Below are positions 21,750 through 30,630 of a DNA stretch of 48,615 bases, in pieces. Position 1 is the stretch's first letter. Every line of letters starts with the position of its first letter. A program made the position numbers and the translations under genes. This DNA comes from an uncultured delta proteobacterium (lineage in GTDB: Bacteria; Desulfobacterota; Binatia; UBA9968): contig CAVSLC010000024.1 in the NCBI GenBank assembly GCA_963728565.1, positions 1 to 48,615 on the forward strand, given 5' to 3'. The notes beneath the pieces were generated by a model, which saw only the letters and a program-made list of their open reading frames with translations, ran no database searches and was not told the DNA's origin.

Positions 21750-23477
21750 TTAGAGTAATGATGCTTGGGCCTTGGTCCAAGCCGGCAGGTAAGCATTTCT
21801 GAGATACTGAAACATCATTCGTTGCGTGTTGAAAAACGAACCATTGAAGGCAACTGCCGAGCGCATGACATGAGCAAATTTATCAGGAGCGTTGTAATAA
21901 AGAGGTAGAATGACTTCTCCCAATTTGTAGTAAAGAGAATCTACCTCAGTATTGGTGTCGCCATCGCCGGAGCCCAATCCGCCGATTGACCACCCGGTCA
22001 CTCCCTCTATGTGGCCCTCAATCCACCAGCCATCTAAAACACTCAAGCTGGGCACGCCATTCAACGCAGCTTTCATGCCGCTGGTACCGGAGGCTTCCTG
22101 AGGCCGCAGCGGAGTATTCAGCCAAACATCGACGCCAGCACAAATCATTTTGCCGAGGGCCATATCGTAGTTTTCGAGATAAACGACCCGGACATCATTG
22201 GCCAGAGCTGCCGCTGCTTCAAAGATTCGACGAATGATCGCTTTTCCGCCATCATCACGGGGGTGGGCTTTACCGGCATAGATCAGCTGAAGCGGTCCCA
22301 CCTGTCGCGCAATATTCTTCAACCGATCTAAATCGGTGAAGAGCAGATCACCGCGCTTGTACGCCGTTGCGCGTCGCGCAAAACCTAGGGTAAAAACGGC
22401 CTCGTCGAGTTGGCTGCCGGTCAGCCAGCGCACCTGCTGCAACAGTTCCCTCTTGGCTTCGGCGTGAGCTTCGCGAACTTGCTGCAAAGGGAACCCGATC
22501 GCATGGCGAAGATAACAATTGTCGCGCCGCCAATCGGGTATGTGCCGGTCAAACAAGGTGGCTATCGGTTTCGCTATCCAGGCTTCGGCGTGAACGCCGT
22601 TGGTGATCGCTTCGACACGATGGCCGGGGAACATTTCGCGGGAGACCTCGCCATGCCGCATCGATACGGCATTAACATAACCAGACAAACGCAGCGCCAG
22701 CTCGGTCATATTGAGCGAACCGTCCATGACTCCCACCTGACGCAGGAGCGCCGCGCGAGCTTCACCCAACACCTGATGCACGAGGTCTGCGGGAAAGCGA
22801 TCATGGCCGGCCGGAACCGGCGTGTGAGTCGTAAAAACACACTGGCGCCGCACCGTTTCGATCTCGGTCTCGGAGAAACGACGATTGGCGGATAGCTGCT
22901 CCAATAAAGCGATTGTCGCTAACGCGGAATGTCCTTCGTTCATGTGGTAGATCTTAAAGCCAGGGTAGTTTAGTGCACGAAGCATCTGCACACCACCCAA
23001 TCCTAGAACCGCCTCCTGACAAAGACGATAACGATCATCGCCGCCATAGAGATGATCGGTCAGAACTCGATCACGTGAATCGTTCTCTTCTAGGTCCGTA
23101 TCGAGCAACAATAATGGGACGGTGTGGCCCATGATGCCATGGAAGCGATACTGCCAGGCCCGTATTTTTACTTCCCTGCCTTCAATCGTCACTGAAACGC
23201 GTGGCGGCAACGCTTCGAGAAACTTTTCTGGAGACCACTGCGATGGACTCTCCAATTGATTGCCAACGGCATCAAGCCGCTGATCGAAATAACCTTTTCG
23301 GTGCAGGAGCGTGAAGGCGACCATCGGGACACCCAAATCAGCTGCCGAGCGCAATGTGTCACCAGACAAGATGCCAAGACCGCCGCTGTAGGTTGGAATA
23401 TCCGAATCAATAGCCACGTCCATTGAAAAGTACGCGATTGTCGCCGGAACAGAAAAAGCAGTTGGTTCAGTCATCAT
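21750..23477 (-). CDS. glgP: Alpha-glucan (glycogen) phosphorylase
   Basis: YSGGLGIL, HMNEGH, FTTHTPVPAGHD, ITNGVH, EASGTSGMK PLP motif. Confidence 0.93.
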   Translation of the reverse strand: MMTEPTAFSVPATIAYFSMDVAIDSDIPTYSGGLGILSGDTLRSAADLGVPMVAFTLLHRKGYFDQRLDAVGNQLESPSQWSPEKFLEALPPRVSVTIEGREVKIRAWQYRFHGIMGHTVPLLLLDTDLEENDSRDRVLTDHLYGGDDRYRLCQEAVLGLGGVQMLRALNYPGFKIYHMNEGHSALATIALLEQLSANRRFSETEIETVRRQCVFTTHTPVPAGHDRFPADLVHQVLGEARAALLRQVGVMDGSLNMTELALRLSGYVNAVSMRHGEVSREMFPGHRVEAITNGVHAEAWIAKPIATLFDRHIPDWRRDNCYLRHAIGFPLQQVREAHAEAKRELLQQVRWLTGSQLDEAVFTLGFARRATAYKRGDLLFTDLDRLKNIARQVGPLQLIYAGKAHPRDDGGKAIIRRIFEAAAALANDVRVVYLENYDMALGKMICAGVDVWLNTPLRPQEASGTSGMKAALNGVPSLSVLDGWWIEGHIEGVTGWSIGGLGSGDGDTNTEVDSLYYKLGEVILPLYYNAPDKFAHVMRSAVAFNGSFFNTQRMMFQYLRNAYLPAWTKAQASLL

Positions 23478-23619
23478 CCTTAAAATCTTGCGTTTGTCGC
23501 CTCAAATGCATGTTCGATGGTCTGGAGGGGAAAACAATCGTTTGCTCAATTTTTTACCCAAAAATGATACCACGGGCGGCAAATCACGGCAATTCTTTGC
23601 TGCTAACTATCGGGAACAG

Positions 23620-24339
23620 TTATGGATCGAGTCGATAAGTAGATATGAAGTTTTTCCAGGATCCCAGTTCCGCAAGAGATCGCAGAGCGATCAGTGTCGG
23701 AGGCATCATCGGCAGACCTGCCGACTCGGATAATTTTAAAGCTTCTTGCGGGGTGAGCCAAACGCTCTCGGCCACTTCCTCGGAGGAATCCAGAGGTGTT
23801 TGTCCTTCCGGCAGGGAACCCACATAAAACCGGGTGTCGAAGCGCACCGGGTGATGATTCGGAGTAATCCGATGGAACAGGTAAGTCAGCCGGCCAACGT
23901 CGCAAAAGAGTTGCTCGGATTCCAACAAATCCGCCAACGCTAGCCTTCTGCGCCATAGTGCCTCACGACTTTGCGCCAGACGCTCCCGAAGACCATCCAA
24001 GTTTGGCTCAAGCGAGTCCCTTTGTTTGACAAAAAAGTGAATTCCAGTTTCTTCAAACAGCTCTCGTATTGCTGCCACCCAATGACCCATTGCTTGTTCC
24101 GGAGCCATGGCTGCGGCTAAGATCTGCTGAGCCTCGGTTGGAGACAAACCGCGGCAGCGCGCCAACATTCTATCGGACCAATCGTCTTCTTCCACGGCTC
24201 CGCCTGGAAACACCAGAAAACCGGCCAGAACCTTAAGATGCGGGGAACGACGCGTCATGAGAACTTCAAAACGGCCGCCTCCTCCTGGTCTTGCCAGTAT
24301 AACTGTTGAAGCTTTTCCGGGAACCACAGGTTCGGTCAT
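23620..24339 (-). CDS. NUDIX hydrolase (Nudt19-like)
   Basis: VFPGG, AAIRELFEETG, RFDTRFY, MMPPT. Confidence 0.85.
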   Translation of the reverse strand: MTEPVVPGKASTVILARPGGGGRFEVLMTRRSPHLKVLAGFLVFPGGAVEEDDWSDRMLARCRGLSPTEAQQILAAAMAPEQAMGHWVAAIRELFEETGIHFFVKQRDSLEPNLDGLRERLAQSREALWRRRLALADLLESEQLFCDVGRLTYLFHRITPNHHPVRFDTRFYVGSLPEGQTPLDSSEEVAESVWLTPQEALKLSESAGLPMMPPTLIALRSLAELGSWKNFISTYRLDP

Positions 24340-24387
24340 GAAACTCCTGATGAACGGGCCGATAAGTTTAGTCGATTACTTCAGCTG

Positions 24388-25200
24388 CTATGCCGGACGG
24401 CCAAGAACTCTCACCGCCTCATGACAGTTCGAAGCGATCGGTGACGGTCTGCCGATATGAATGTGCGCGCCGGTCGATGAGCCGGGAACAGCATTTCTAA
24501 ACGCGATAAATGGAATCCGACTTTGACGTAGATGGGAGATTAAGAAGCGGCCTTCTTGGCTGTCAGGATGAAGCGCGACATCCATCGCATCTCTATGATC
24601 GAACTGCAGTCGATCATGTATGGCCGTTTGACCATGAGCACTGACGGGCAAGCCACGGCCGAAGGTCTCAAAAAAGAAATTCTGAATCTTCGGCGCGTCG
24701 CCGATAAACCAGACTCGATCGCCGTTGAAGCGAATAAGAGAACCGGTATCACTGTAGCCATTCGCCGCTAAGCTGGGCGATTGCAACTGCTCGCCCACCA
24801 TCGAAGCTTCATTAATTGCGATATCTTGCTCGTTGAGCCAGCGTTTATCGCCTTCCAAACGAGCTATCGCGTCCGCTAAAGGGAGCTCAATTTGATTTAG
24901 TTCCGCTCTCGAAATTAATCCTTCATGATAAAATTCGCGCCGTTTTCCATACTCCTCGGTGAGTTTTTTAACCTCTTCCTCACGCAATGCAATTAGCTTT
25001 TCGGCTCCTGCTCGTGAGTCTCTCATTTTTTGTATGACATCGGCGCGCACTCGCGCCAATTCGGCATCGAGCGCCGTCCCGCGGGAAATGCTCGAAGTTT
25101 GTCTGGTTTTATTAACTTGCCCGAAGGCAGCGCCGATCCATGCCGGTAATACCAGGAGAATGACGAGGACTAGCGGCGCTGTACGTTTAGAGAAAGACAT
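24388..25200 (-). CDS. Secreted hypothetical protein with a coiled coil and a possible zinc-peptidase-like C-terminal domain
   Basis: Signal peptide, helical middle, HRDAMDV and GAHIHIG motifs. Confidence 0.7.
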   Translation of the reverse strand: MSFSKRTAPLVLVILLVLPAWIGAAFGQVNKTRQTSSISRGTALDAELARVRADVIQKMRDSRAGAEKLIALREEEVKKLTEEYGKRREFYHEGLISRAELNQIELPLADAIARLEGDKRWLNEQDIAINEASMVGEQLQSPSLAANGYSDTGSLIRFNGDRVWFIGDAPKIQNFFFETFGRGLPVSAHGQTAIHDRLQFDHRDAMDVALHPDSQEGRFLISHLRQSRIPFIAFRNAVPGSSTGAHIHIGRPSPIASNCHEAVRVLGRPA

Positions 25201-25257
25201 GCAGTACTAATTCAGCCCTTTTCACAGAGCGAGGATGTTATACTCCGCCAGCATTGG

Positions 25258-27939
25258 TTAAGCGTGAGCTTCCGCCCAATTCGGGCCCACATGGATATCG
25301 ACGTCAAGGCCGCAGCGAAGATCCGCAGCTTGAGTCATCGCTTCCTCGATCAGAGCCCGAGCCTGCTCAAGGTGCTCGATAGGAACCTCGAAGACGAGTT
25401 CGTCGTGCACAGTCAACAGCATCTTTGCAAGCGGTTCTTTGCGCAACGCTTCATCCACATTGATCATAGCCTTCTTTATGATATCCGCGGCGCTCCCCTG
25501 TATGGGGGTATTGAGCGCCATACGCTCGCCGAGCGCTCTTAGCCGGAAATTCGACGAGCCCAATTCCGGCAAATAGCGACGGCGGCCAAACATGGTTGTC
25601 GTAAACCCGTCGATCTTGGCTTGGTTCACCTGCGCGGCTAAAAATTCTTTTACTTTCGGAAATTGCGCGTAATAGGCTTCTACAAAACTCGCTGCCACGT
25701 CCATTTCTACGCCAAGTCGTTGCGATACTCCGAAAGTGGACATCCCATAGGCTATGCCATAAGAAAACTGCTTTACCTGGTTGCGCATCTGCGAGGTCAC
25801 TTCGGCTAAAGCGACACCGTAGACTTTCGCCGCGATGGTGGCGTGAAAATCATGCCCCTGCGCAAAAGCTTGCAGAAAAGTCTCGTCTTGCGACAGATGC
25901 GCGAGAACACGCAGTTCAATCTGAGAGTAATCCGCCGATAACAGCACATGGCCCGGCGGCGCGATAAAGGCGCGGCGAATCCGACGTCCCAACTCGCCAC
26001 GTATCGGTATGTTTTGCAGGTTGGGCGCGGTTGACGACAAGCGTCCAGTGGCAGCTGTCGTCTGCTCGTAAGTGGTATGGATTCGATTGCTCTTGCTATC
26101 AATCAGCTCCAGCAGCATCTCTGTAAAGCCGTTCTTTAGTTTCGATACCTCTCGATATTCGAGCAGGACTGGAATGATCCGATGCGCCTCGGCCAGCTTC
26201 TCCAATTCGGCAGCGTCGGTGGAAAAACCCGTCTTGATTCTTCTGGTCTTGGGTAGACCGAGCTTTTCGAAGAGAATCCGCTGGAGCTGTGGCTGCGAGT
26301 TCACCTTGAAGTCTTCGCCGGCGAGATCTTTGATTGCCCGTTCAAGCGCGGTTACTTTGTTTCCTAAATCGGCATCGAACTTTTCAAGATAATCTCGGTC
26401 GATGAGGATGCCATTATGCTCCATTCTGGCTAGTACGCCAATTAGTGGGAATTCCAGGGTGGTGGCAAGTTCCCAGATGCCTTGATCGCTGAGCTGCTCC
26501 TGCAGTATGGGAACCATGCCGCGGATGGCCATAGCTTCGCGAGCAATGCGCTTTTTTTCTGGGGCGCCGAAGGCAAGAGTGCTTTGTTCGCCGATCGCCA
26601 GTTCGGCCGCGTTGCCGTTGAGCGAAACCCCCAGATAACGTTTGGCCGCGTCAGCCAGCGTGTATCCAGAGGCTGATCCCGGCTCCAGTAAATAGGCGGC
26701 AATCTTGGTGTCGCAGTAGAATGATAGAAATTCGATACCGGCCGCCAAAGCTAAACGATAGATGGATTTGCCGTCATGAGCCACTATCAACCGTACAGGA
26801 TCTTGAAAAAATTCCCGGAGCCGGTCCATTGCTGCGTCCATGCCCAGCGTGTGCACCTCGCCGGGCCCATCACAAACAGCCAGCCAATTCTCGCTCCAAG
26901 CCAATGCGACGGCGCCGTCTTGTTTAATTTCGTCAGCCGATCTCAATTCCGAGATTGATTTCGGTTCGAGAGCCGCGCCGAGAGGCACCGAAACGTGCAT
27001 ATTCAGCGCTCTTAAACGTTCGTGCAAACTGCGGAACTCAAGTGAGGTAAAGAGCTTTAGAACTTCTTCGTCATTCCAGCGCTCGAGGCACAGTTTGGTT
27101 GGATCCAGTTCGAGTCCAACATCACTGAGTAACCGTCCCAGCTCTTTATTGATCCGTACTTGGTCGGCGTGCGCTTTGATGGAATCACGAAGTTTGGGTG
27201 TGAGCTCATCCGCATGCGCGATGATGCCTTCAATATCGCCATACTTCTTGACCAGCTGAGCCGCGGTTTTGTCGCCAACCCCGGGAATACCAGGAAGATT
27301 ATCGGAGGGCTCGCCCTTGAGCGCCACGAAATCGAGCCACTGATCCGGGGAAACGCCGTAGCGCTCTATAACCGTAGGTACGTCATATCGGATGACATCG
27401 GAAATTCCGCGGCGAGTCATGATCACCGATACGCCCTCGCCTACTAGCTGGAGAATGTCTCGGTCACCGGTGACGACGATTACTTCGCAGCCTTCACCAC
27501 GGCAATTCTTGGTCAGCGTCGCTAACAGGTCATCGGCTTCATAGCCGTCGAGCTCGACAATCGGAATTCGCAAAGCTCGAAGCACCTCTCGAATCAACGG
27601 CAGCTGCTGCCTGAAAAGATCCGGAGTCTCCGCGCGACCCGCTTTATAGGCGGCATAACGATCGAGGCGAAACTGCGGCGCGCCTTTATCGAAGCAAACG
27701 ATGACAGCTTGCGGCCGCTCGTCGGCCAGAAGCTTTATGAGCATGGAGGTGAAGCCGTAAACGGCATTGGTCACCTGTCCGGAAGATGTGATCAGCGTGT
27801 CGGGCAATGCAAAAAAAGCGCGGAACGCGAGAGAATGACCATCGATCAAGATGATCTTGCGCAGGTTGTTTCTAGACCGGGCACTATCGGTTGGTCCAGC
27901 CGATTTTCTGCTTGATTGATTCTTGATTTTAGCGTGCAC
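25258..27939 (-). CDS. polA: DNA polymerase I
   Basis: 5'-3' exonuclease (IDGHSLAFRAFFALP, YEADD, SDNLPG), motif A ADYSQIELR, motif B KQFSYGIAYG, motif C VHDEL. Confidence 0.97.
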   Translation of the reverse strand: MHAKIKNQSSRKSAGPTDSARSRNNLRKIILIDGHSLAFRAFFALPDTLITSSGQVTNAVYGFTSMLIKLLADERPQAVIVCFDKGAPQFRLDRYAAYKAGRAETPDLFRQQLPLIREVLRALRIPIVELDGYEADDLLATLTKNCRGEGCEVIVVTGDRDILQLVGEGVSVIMTRRGISDVIRYDVPTVIERYGVSPDQWLDFVALKGEPSDNLPGIPGVGDKTAAQLVKKYGDIEGIIAHADELTPKLRDSIKAHADQVRINKELGRLLSDVGLELDPTKLCLERWNDEEVLKLFTSLEFRSLHERLRALNMHVSVPLGAALEPKSISELRSADEIKQDGAVALAWSENWLAVCDGPGEVHTLGMDAAMDRLREFFQDPVRLIVAHDGKSIYRLALAAGIEFLSFYCDTKIAAYLLEPGSASGYTLADAAKRYLGVSLNGNAAELAIGEQSTLAFGAPEKKRIAREAMAIRGMVPILQEQLSDQGIWELATTLEFPLIGVLARMEHNGILIDRDYLEKFDADLGNKVTALERAIKDLAGEDFKVNSQPQLQRILFEKLGLPKTRRIKTGFSTDAAELEKLAEAHRIIPVLLEYREVSKLKNGFTEMLLELIDSKSNRIHTTYEQTTAATGRLSSTAPNLQNIPIRGELGRRIRRAFIAPPGHVLLSADYSQIELRVLAHLSQDETFLQAFAQGHDFHATIAAKVYGVALAEVTSQMRNQVKQFSYGIAYGMSTFGVSQRLGVEMDVAASFVEAYYAQFPKVKEFLAAQVNQAKIDGFTTTMFGRRRYLPELGSSNFRLRALGERMALNTPIQGSAADIIKKAMINVDEALRKEPLAKMLLTVHDELVFEVPIEHLEQARALIEEAMTQAADLRCGLDVDIHVGPNWAEAHA

Positions 27940-28066
27940 CTTCGTAGTCTACCCGTTGGAATTAACCGGAGCAAACAAGCCGAATTCGCGCTGCAGCCCA
28001 TCGGGTACTAGTTCAAGGTGCAACCGTGCTCAGTAAAATCGGCCCCCTGCATGCAAGATGGTTGGC

Positions 28067-29632
28067 TTATTTGCGCCAAACTGAAACGTTCGGACTCGTT
28101 CCTCCGTCCGACAGCAATGTCTCGCTGTCGCGAATGACTTTTCCTGAAGAGGTGCGCGGTAGCGACTCACGGATGACAATCTTTTGCGGCACTTTGAAAT
28201 TTGCCAGATTAGCGCGCAGAAAACTTATCAACTCCTTTGGGGCAATCGCATGGCCTGGCCGCGGCACTACCGCAGCACCGATCACCTCACCCCGCTTCGG
28301 ATCAGGGATGGCAAAGACGATGGTCTCTTGCACGTTCGGAAAGCTGTAGATCAGGTTTTCCACCTCGGCGGGGTACACGTTAAGACCGCTGGTGATGATC
28401 ATATCGTCAAGTCGACCGAGATGGATGAAGTAACCGTCCGAGTCCCGTTTGCCGACGTCGCCGGTGTAAAGCCAGCCGTTACGAATGCGCGCTGACGTGG
28501 CCTCTGCTTTGCGAAAATACCCTTTCATCACATGGGGACCACTCGTAATGATTTCTCCCGGTTCATCGACGGGCAGTTCTCTGCCGGACTCATCGACGAT
28601 TCTTACCTCGACTCCCGGTACTGGACGGCCAATACTTCCCAACTTGGCTTCGGCTCGCTCCGGTTCAACCAGGGTGATCATCGGTGAAGTCTCGGTCAAG
28701 CCATAACCCTGGAGAAGTGCGATGTGCGGCTGAGCTGAATGAAATGCACGCAGGAGCGACAACGGAACCGTAGTCCCCATCATGGCGGCGATCTTCACGC
28801 TGCTCGTGTCATATTTTGAAAGATCGCGCACCCCTAGGAGAAGTTGAAAAACGATCGGCACGCTTTCAAAGACACTAATGCGATATTTCTGAATGCCGTC
28901 CAACAAGGTGACCGGGTTAATTTGGTCGAAAATGACCAGAGTGAATCCCTTATCCGCCACTTCATTGCAGACCAACGGGCCAACGATGTGCGACATCGGC
29001 AGGATGCAGCCTCGGATCGTGCTCGAATCGGTGATGCCCATAGCGGTCATGACACGAGGATACTGCGCCAGATTGCGATAACTGAGGACCACGCCTTTGG
29101 GTTCGCCGGTGGTCCCCGAAGTATAAAGAATCAGTGCCTCGTCGTCAGCCTGCAGTTGCGGCGCGAGCGCTGATCGAGGCGGTGCCGCGTAGCGATCTTC
29201 AAAGGACTGTTCGCCCTCGCCTCGGACGATCCATACTGATACTGGGGTGAGCTCTTCGACGACATTGGCCACTTCGGAGATCAGCTGCTTATGGATAACC
29301 AGGAGCTTGAGATCCGCATCGCACAAGACGTCGTGTAACTCCTTGCCCTTTAATCGGGCATCAAGGAGCACGCTCACCGCGCCGATTTTTTGACTAGCAA
29401 AATAGATCAGCGGAATTGCCGCGCAATTGGGTAACAGCACTCCCACCCGATCGCCTTGTTTGATGCCTTCGCTATGCAAGTGACCGGCTAGAGCATGCAC
29501 CCGCGCGTTAAGAACCGAAAAGCTCAGCTCTTCTTCCTTGTCAATGATCGCGATTTTGTTTGGATGCTTTCGTGCTGCTTGGTCGAGCAGCTCCGCGGCG
29601 AAAAATCCTACTGAATCAAGATGGTTTGCCAC
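28067..29632 (-). CDS. Long-chain acyl-CoA ligase / AMP-binding enzyme
   Basis: YTSGTTGEPKG, GYGLTE, TGD, GRLDDMII, PRTSSGK. Confidence 0.9.
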   Translation of the reverse strand: MANHLDSVGFFAAELLDQAARKHPNKIAIIDKEEELSFSVLNARVHALAGHLHSEGIKQGDRVGVLLPNCAAIPLIYFASQKIGAVSVLLDARLKGKELHDVLCDADLKLLVIHKQLISEVANVVEELTPVSVWIVRGEGEQSFEDRYAAPPRSALAPQLQADDEALILYTSGTTGEPKGVVLSYRNLAQYPRVMTAMGITDSSTIRGCILPMSHIVGPLVCNEVADKGFTLVIFDQINPVTLLDGIQKYRISVFESVPIVFQLLLGVRDLSKYDTSSVKIAAMMGTTVPLSLLRAFHSAQPHIALLQGYGLTETSPMITLVEPERAEAKLGSIGRPVPGVEVRIVDESGRELPVDEPGEIITSGPHVMKGYFRKAEATSARIRNGWLYTGDVGKRDSDGYFIHLGRLDDMIITSGLNVYPAEVENLIYSFPNVQETIVFAIPDPKRGEVIGAAVVPRPGHAIAPKELISFLRANLANFKVPQKIVIRESLPRTSSGKVIRDSETLLSDGGTSPNVSVWRK

Positions 29633-29979
29633 AGCGAAAAAGCCCTCTCGAACGGTTTGTACCAGCCCGCGAGCTGCGACAGCTCGCCGCGCTTAAGTTT
29701 TAATTTGCCCTGCTGAGTTGCAAGAAAAGGATCGATGCGGGCTCGAAACACTGCGCTCCACCACTCTTCTGAGCCGCTGATCATAAACTCACCGCTATCA
29801 CCCCGTTCAAGCTGCGTGATCTGGCCAGAGTCAAAACGCACGGTCCAGGCTACGTCCTTTTCTTCGAGAAAAAGCGTCAGGGATGTAGAGAGGCTGGTTT
29901 CTTCCCCGTGAGAACGAAATTGAGAATCATGGTTCGCGCGCTCCACCAAAGCGGACATGTGCTCTTTCGAGAACAACAC
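29608..29979 (-). CDS. SCP2 sterol/lipid-binding domain protein
   Basis: C-terminal part of ORF 29608..30156, likely GTG start at 29979. ISGSEEWW...IDPFLATQQGKLKLKRG is an SCP2-like signature. Confidence 0.72.
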   Translation of the reverse strand: MLFSKEHMSALVERANHDSQFRSHGEETSLSTSLTLFLEEKDVAWTVRFDSGQITQLERGDSGEFMISGSEEWWSAVFRARIDPFLATQQGKLKLKRGELSQLAGWYKPFERAFSLWQTILIQ

Positions 29980-29986
29980 ATAAGAT

Positions 29987-30613
29987 TCACGCGTTTGTGG
30001 ATCGGCGAGGCCCTTTTGTTGTGTTATCCGATCCGCAATCGAAAGCGTTCGATTCACTTCGAAGCTCCATGAAGAACCGGCAACGCACAGCTTCTTCCAG
30101 TAAATCGGTAAGCAAAAAGGTCTCTTGAAGATTCCTGCCGATAGCCACCGTGCCATGACCCTTGATGATGGCGACCGGACGGTACTTTAATTCTTCTGCT
30201 AACCTCTCGGGCTTTGTTACCGTCGGCGTATCCTGGGCGACTATTGGAACTTCGCCAATTGTATACTTCTCCTCAAAACTCACCGGAACGAAATGATCAT
30301 GAGTCAATGAAAATGCCAGAGTCATGGGTGGATGAACATGAACAATAGCTTGTGTCCCGCTGGCTGCATACAGAGCCAAATGCAGAGGCGTCTCGCTCGA
30401 TGCAAGCTGGTCTCGGTTAAGCGGCCTGCCAGCGCCATCAATCCGCACCAAATCTGCCGCTGTTAAAAAACCAAGCGGTGCATGCCGCCCCGTGATCAAA
30501 AACTCGTTCTCTCCAACCCGACAACTGAGATTTCCGCCCCAGCCGCTGATTAGATGCCGGTCAAACAGCAGCTTGCCCCATTTGATCATCTCTCCTTGGA
30601 GCTTCTTCATCAT
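29987..30613 (-). CDS. Class II aldolase (FucA/Ald2-like; methylthio- or deoxy-ribulose-1-phosphate aldolase-like)
   Basis: GGNLSCR, ASSETPLH, HVH, KGHG. ATG at 30613. Confidence 0.85.
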   Translation of the reverse strand: MMKKLQGEMIKWGKLLFDRHLISGWGGNLSCRVGENEFLITGRHAPLGFLTAADLVRIDGAGRPLNRDQLASSETPLHLALYAASGTQAIVHVHPPMTLAFSLTHDHFVPVSFEEKYTIGEVPIVAQDTPTVTKPERLAEELKYRPVAIIKGHGTVAIGRNLQETFLLTDLLEEAVRCRFFMELRSESNAFDCGSDNTTKGPRRSTNA

Positions 30614-30630
30614 TCTAGTCTCAAAATTTG

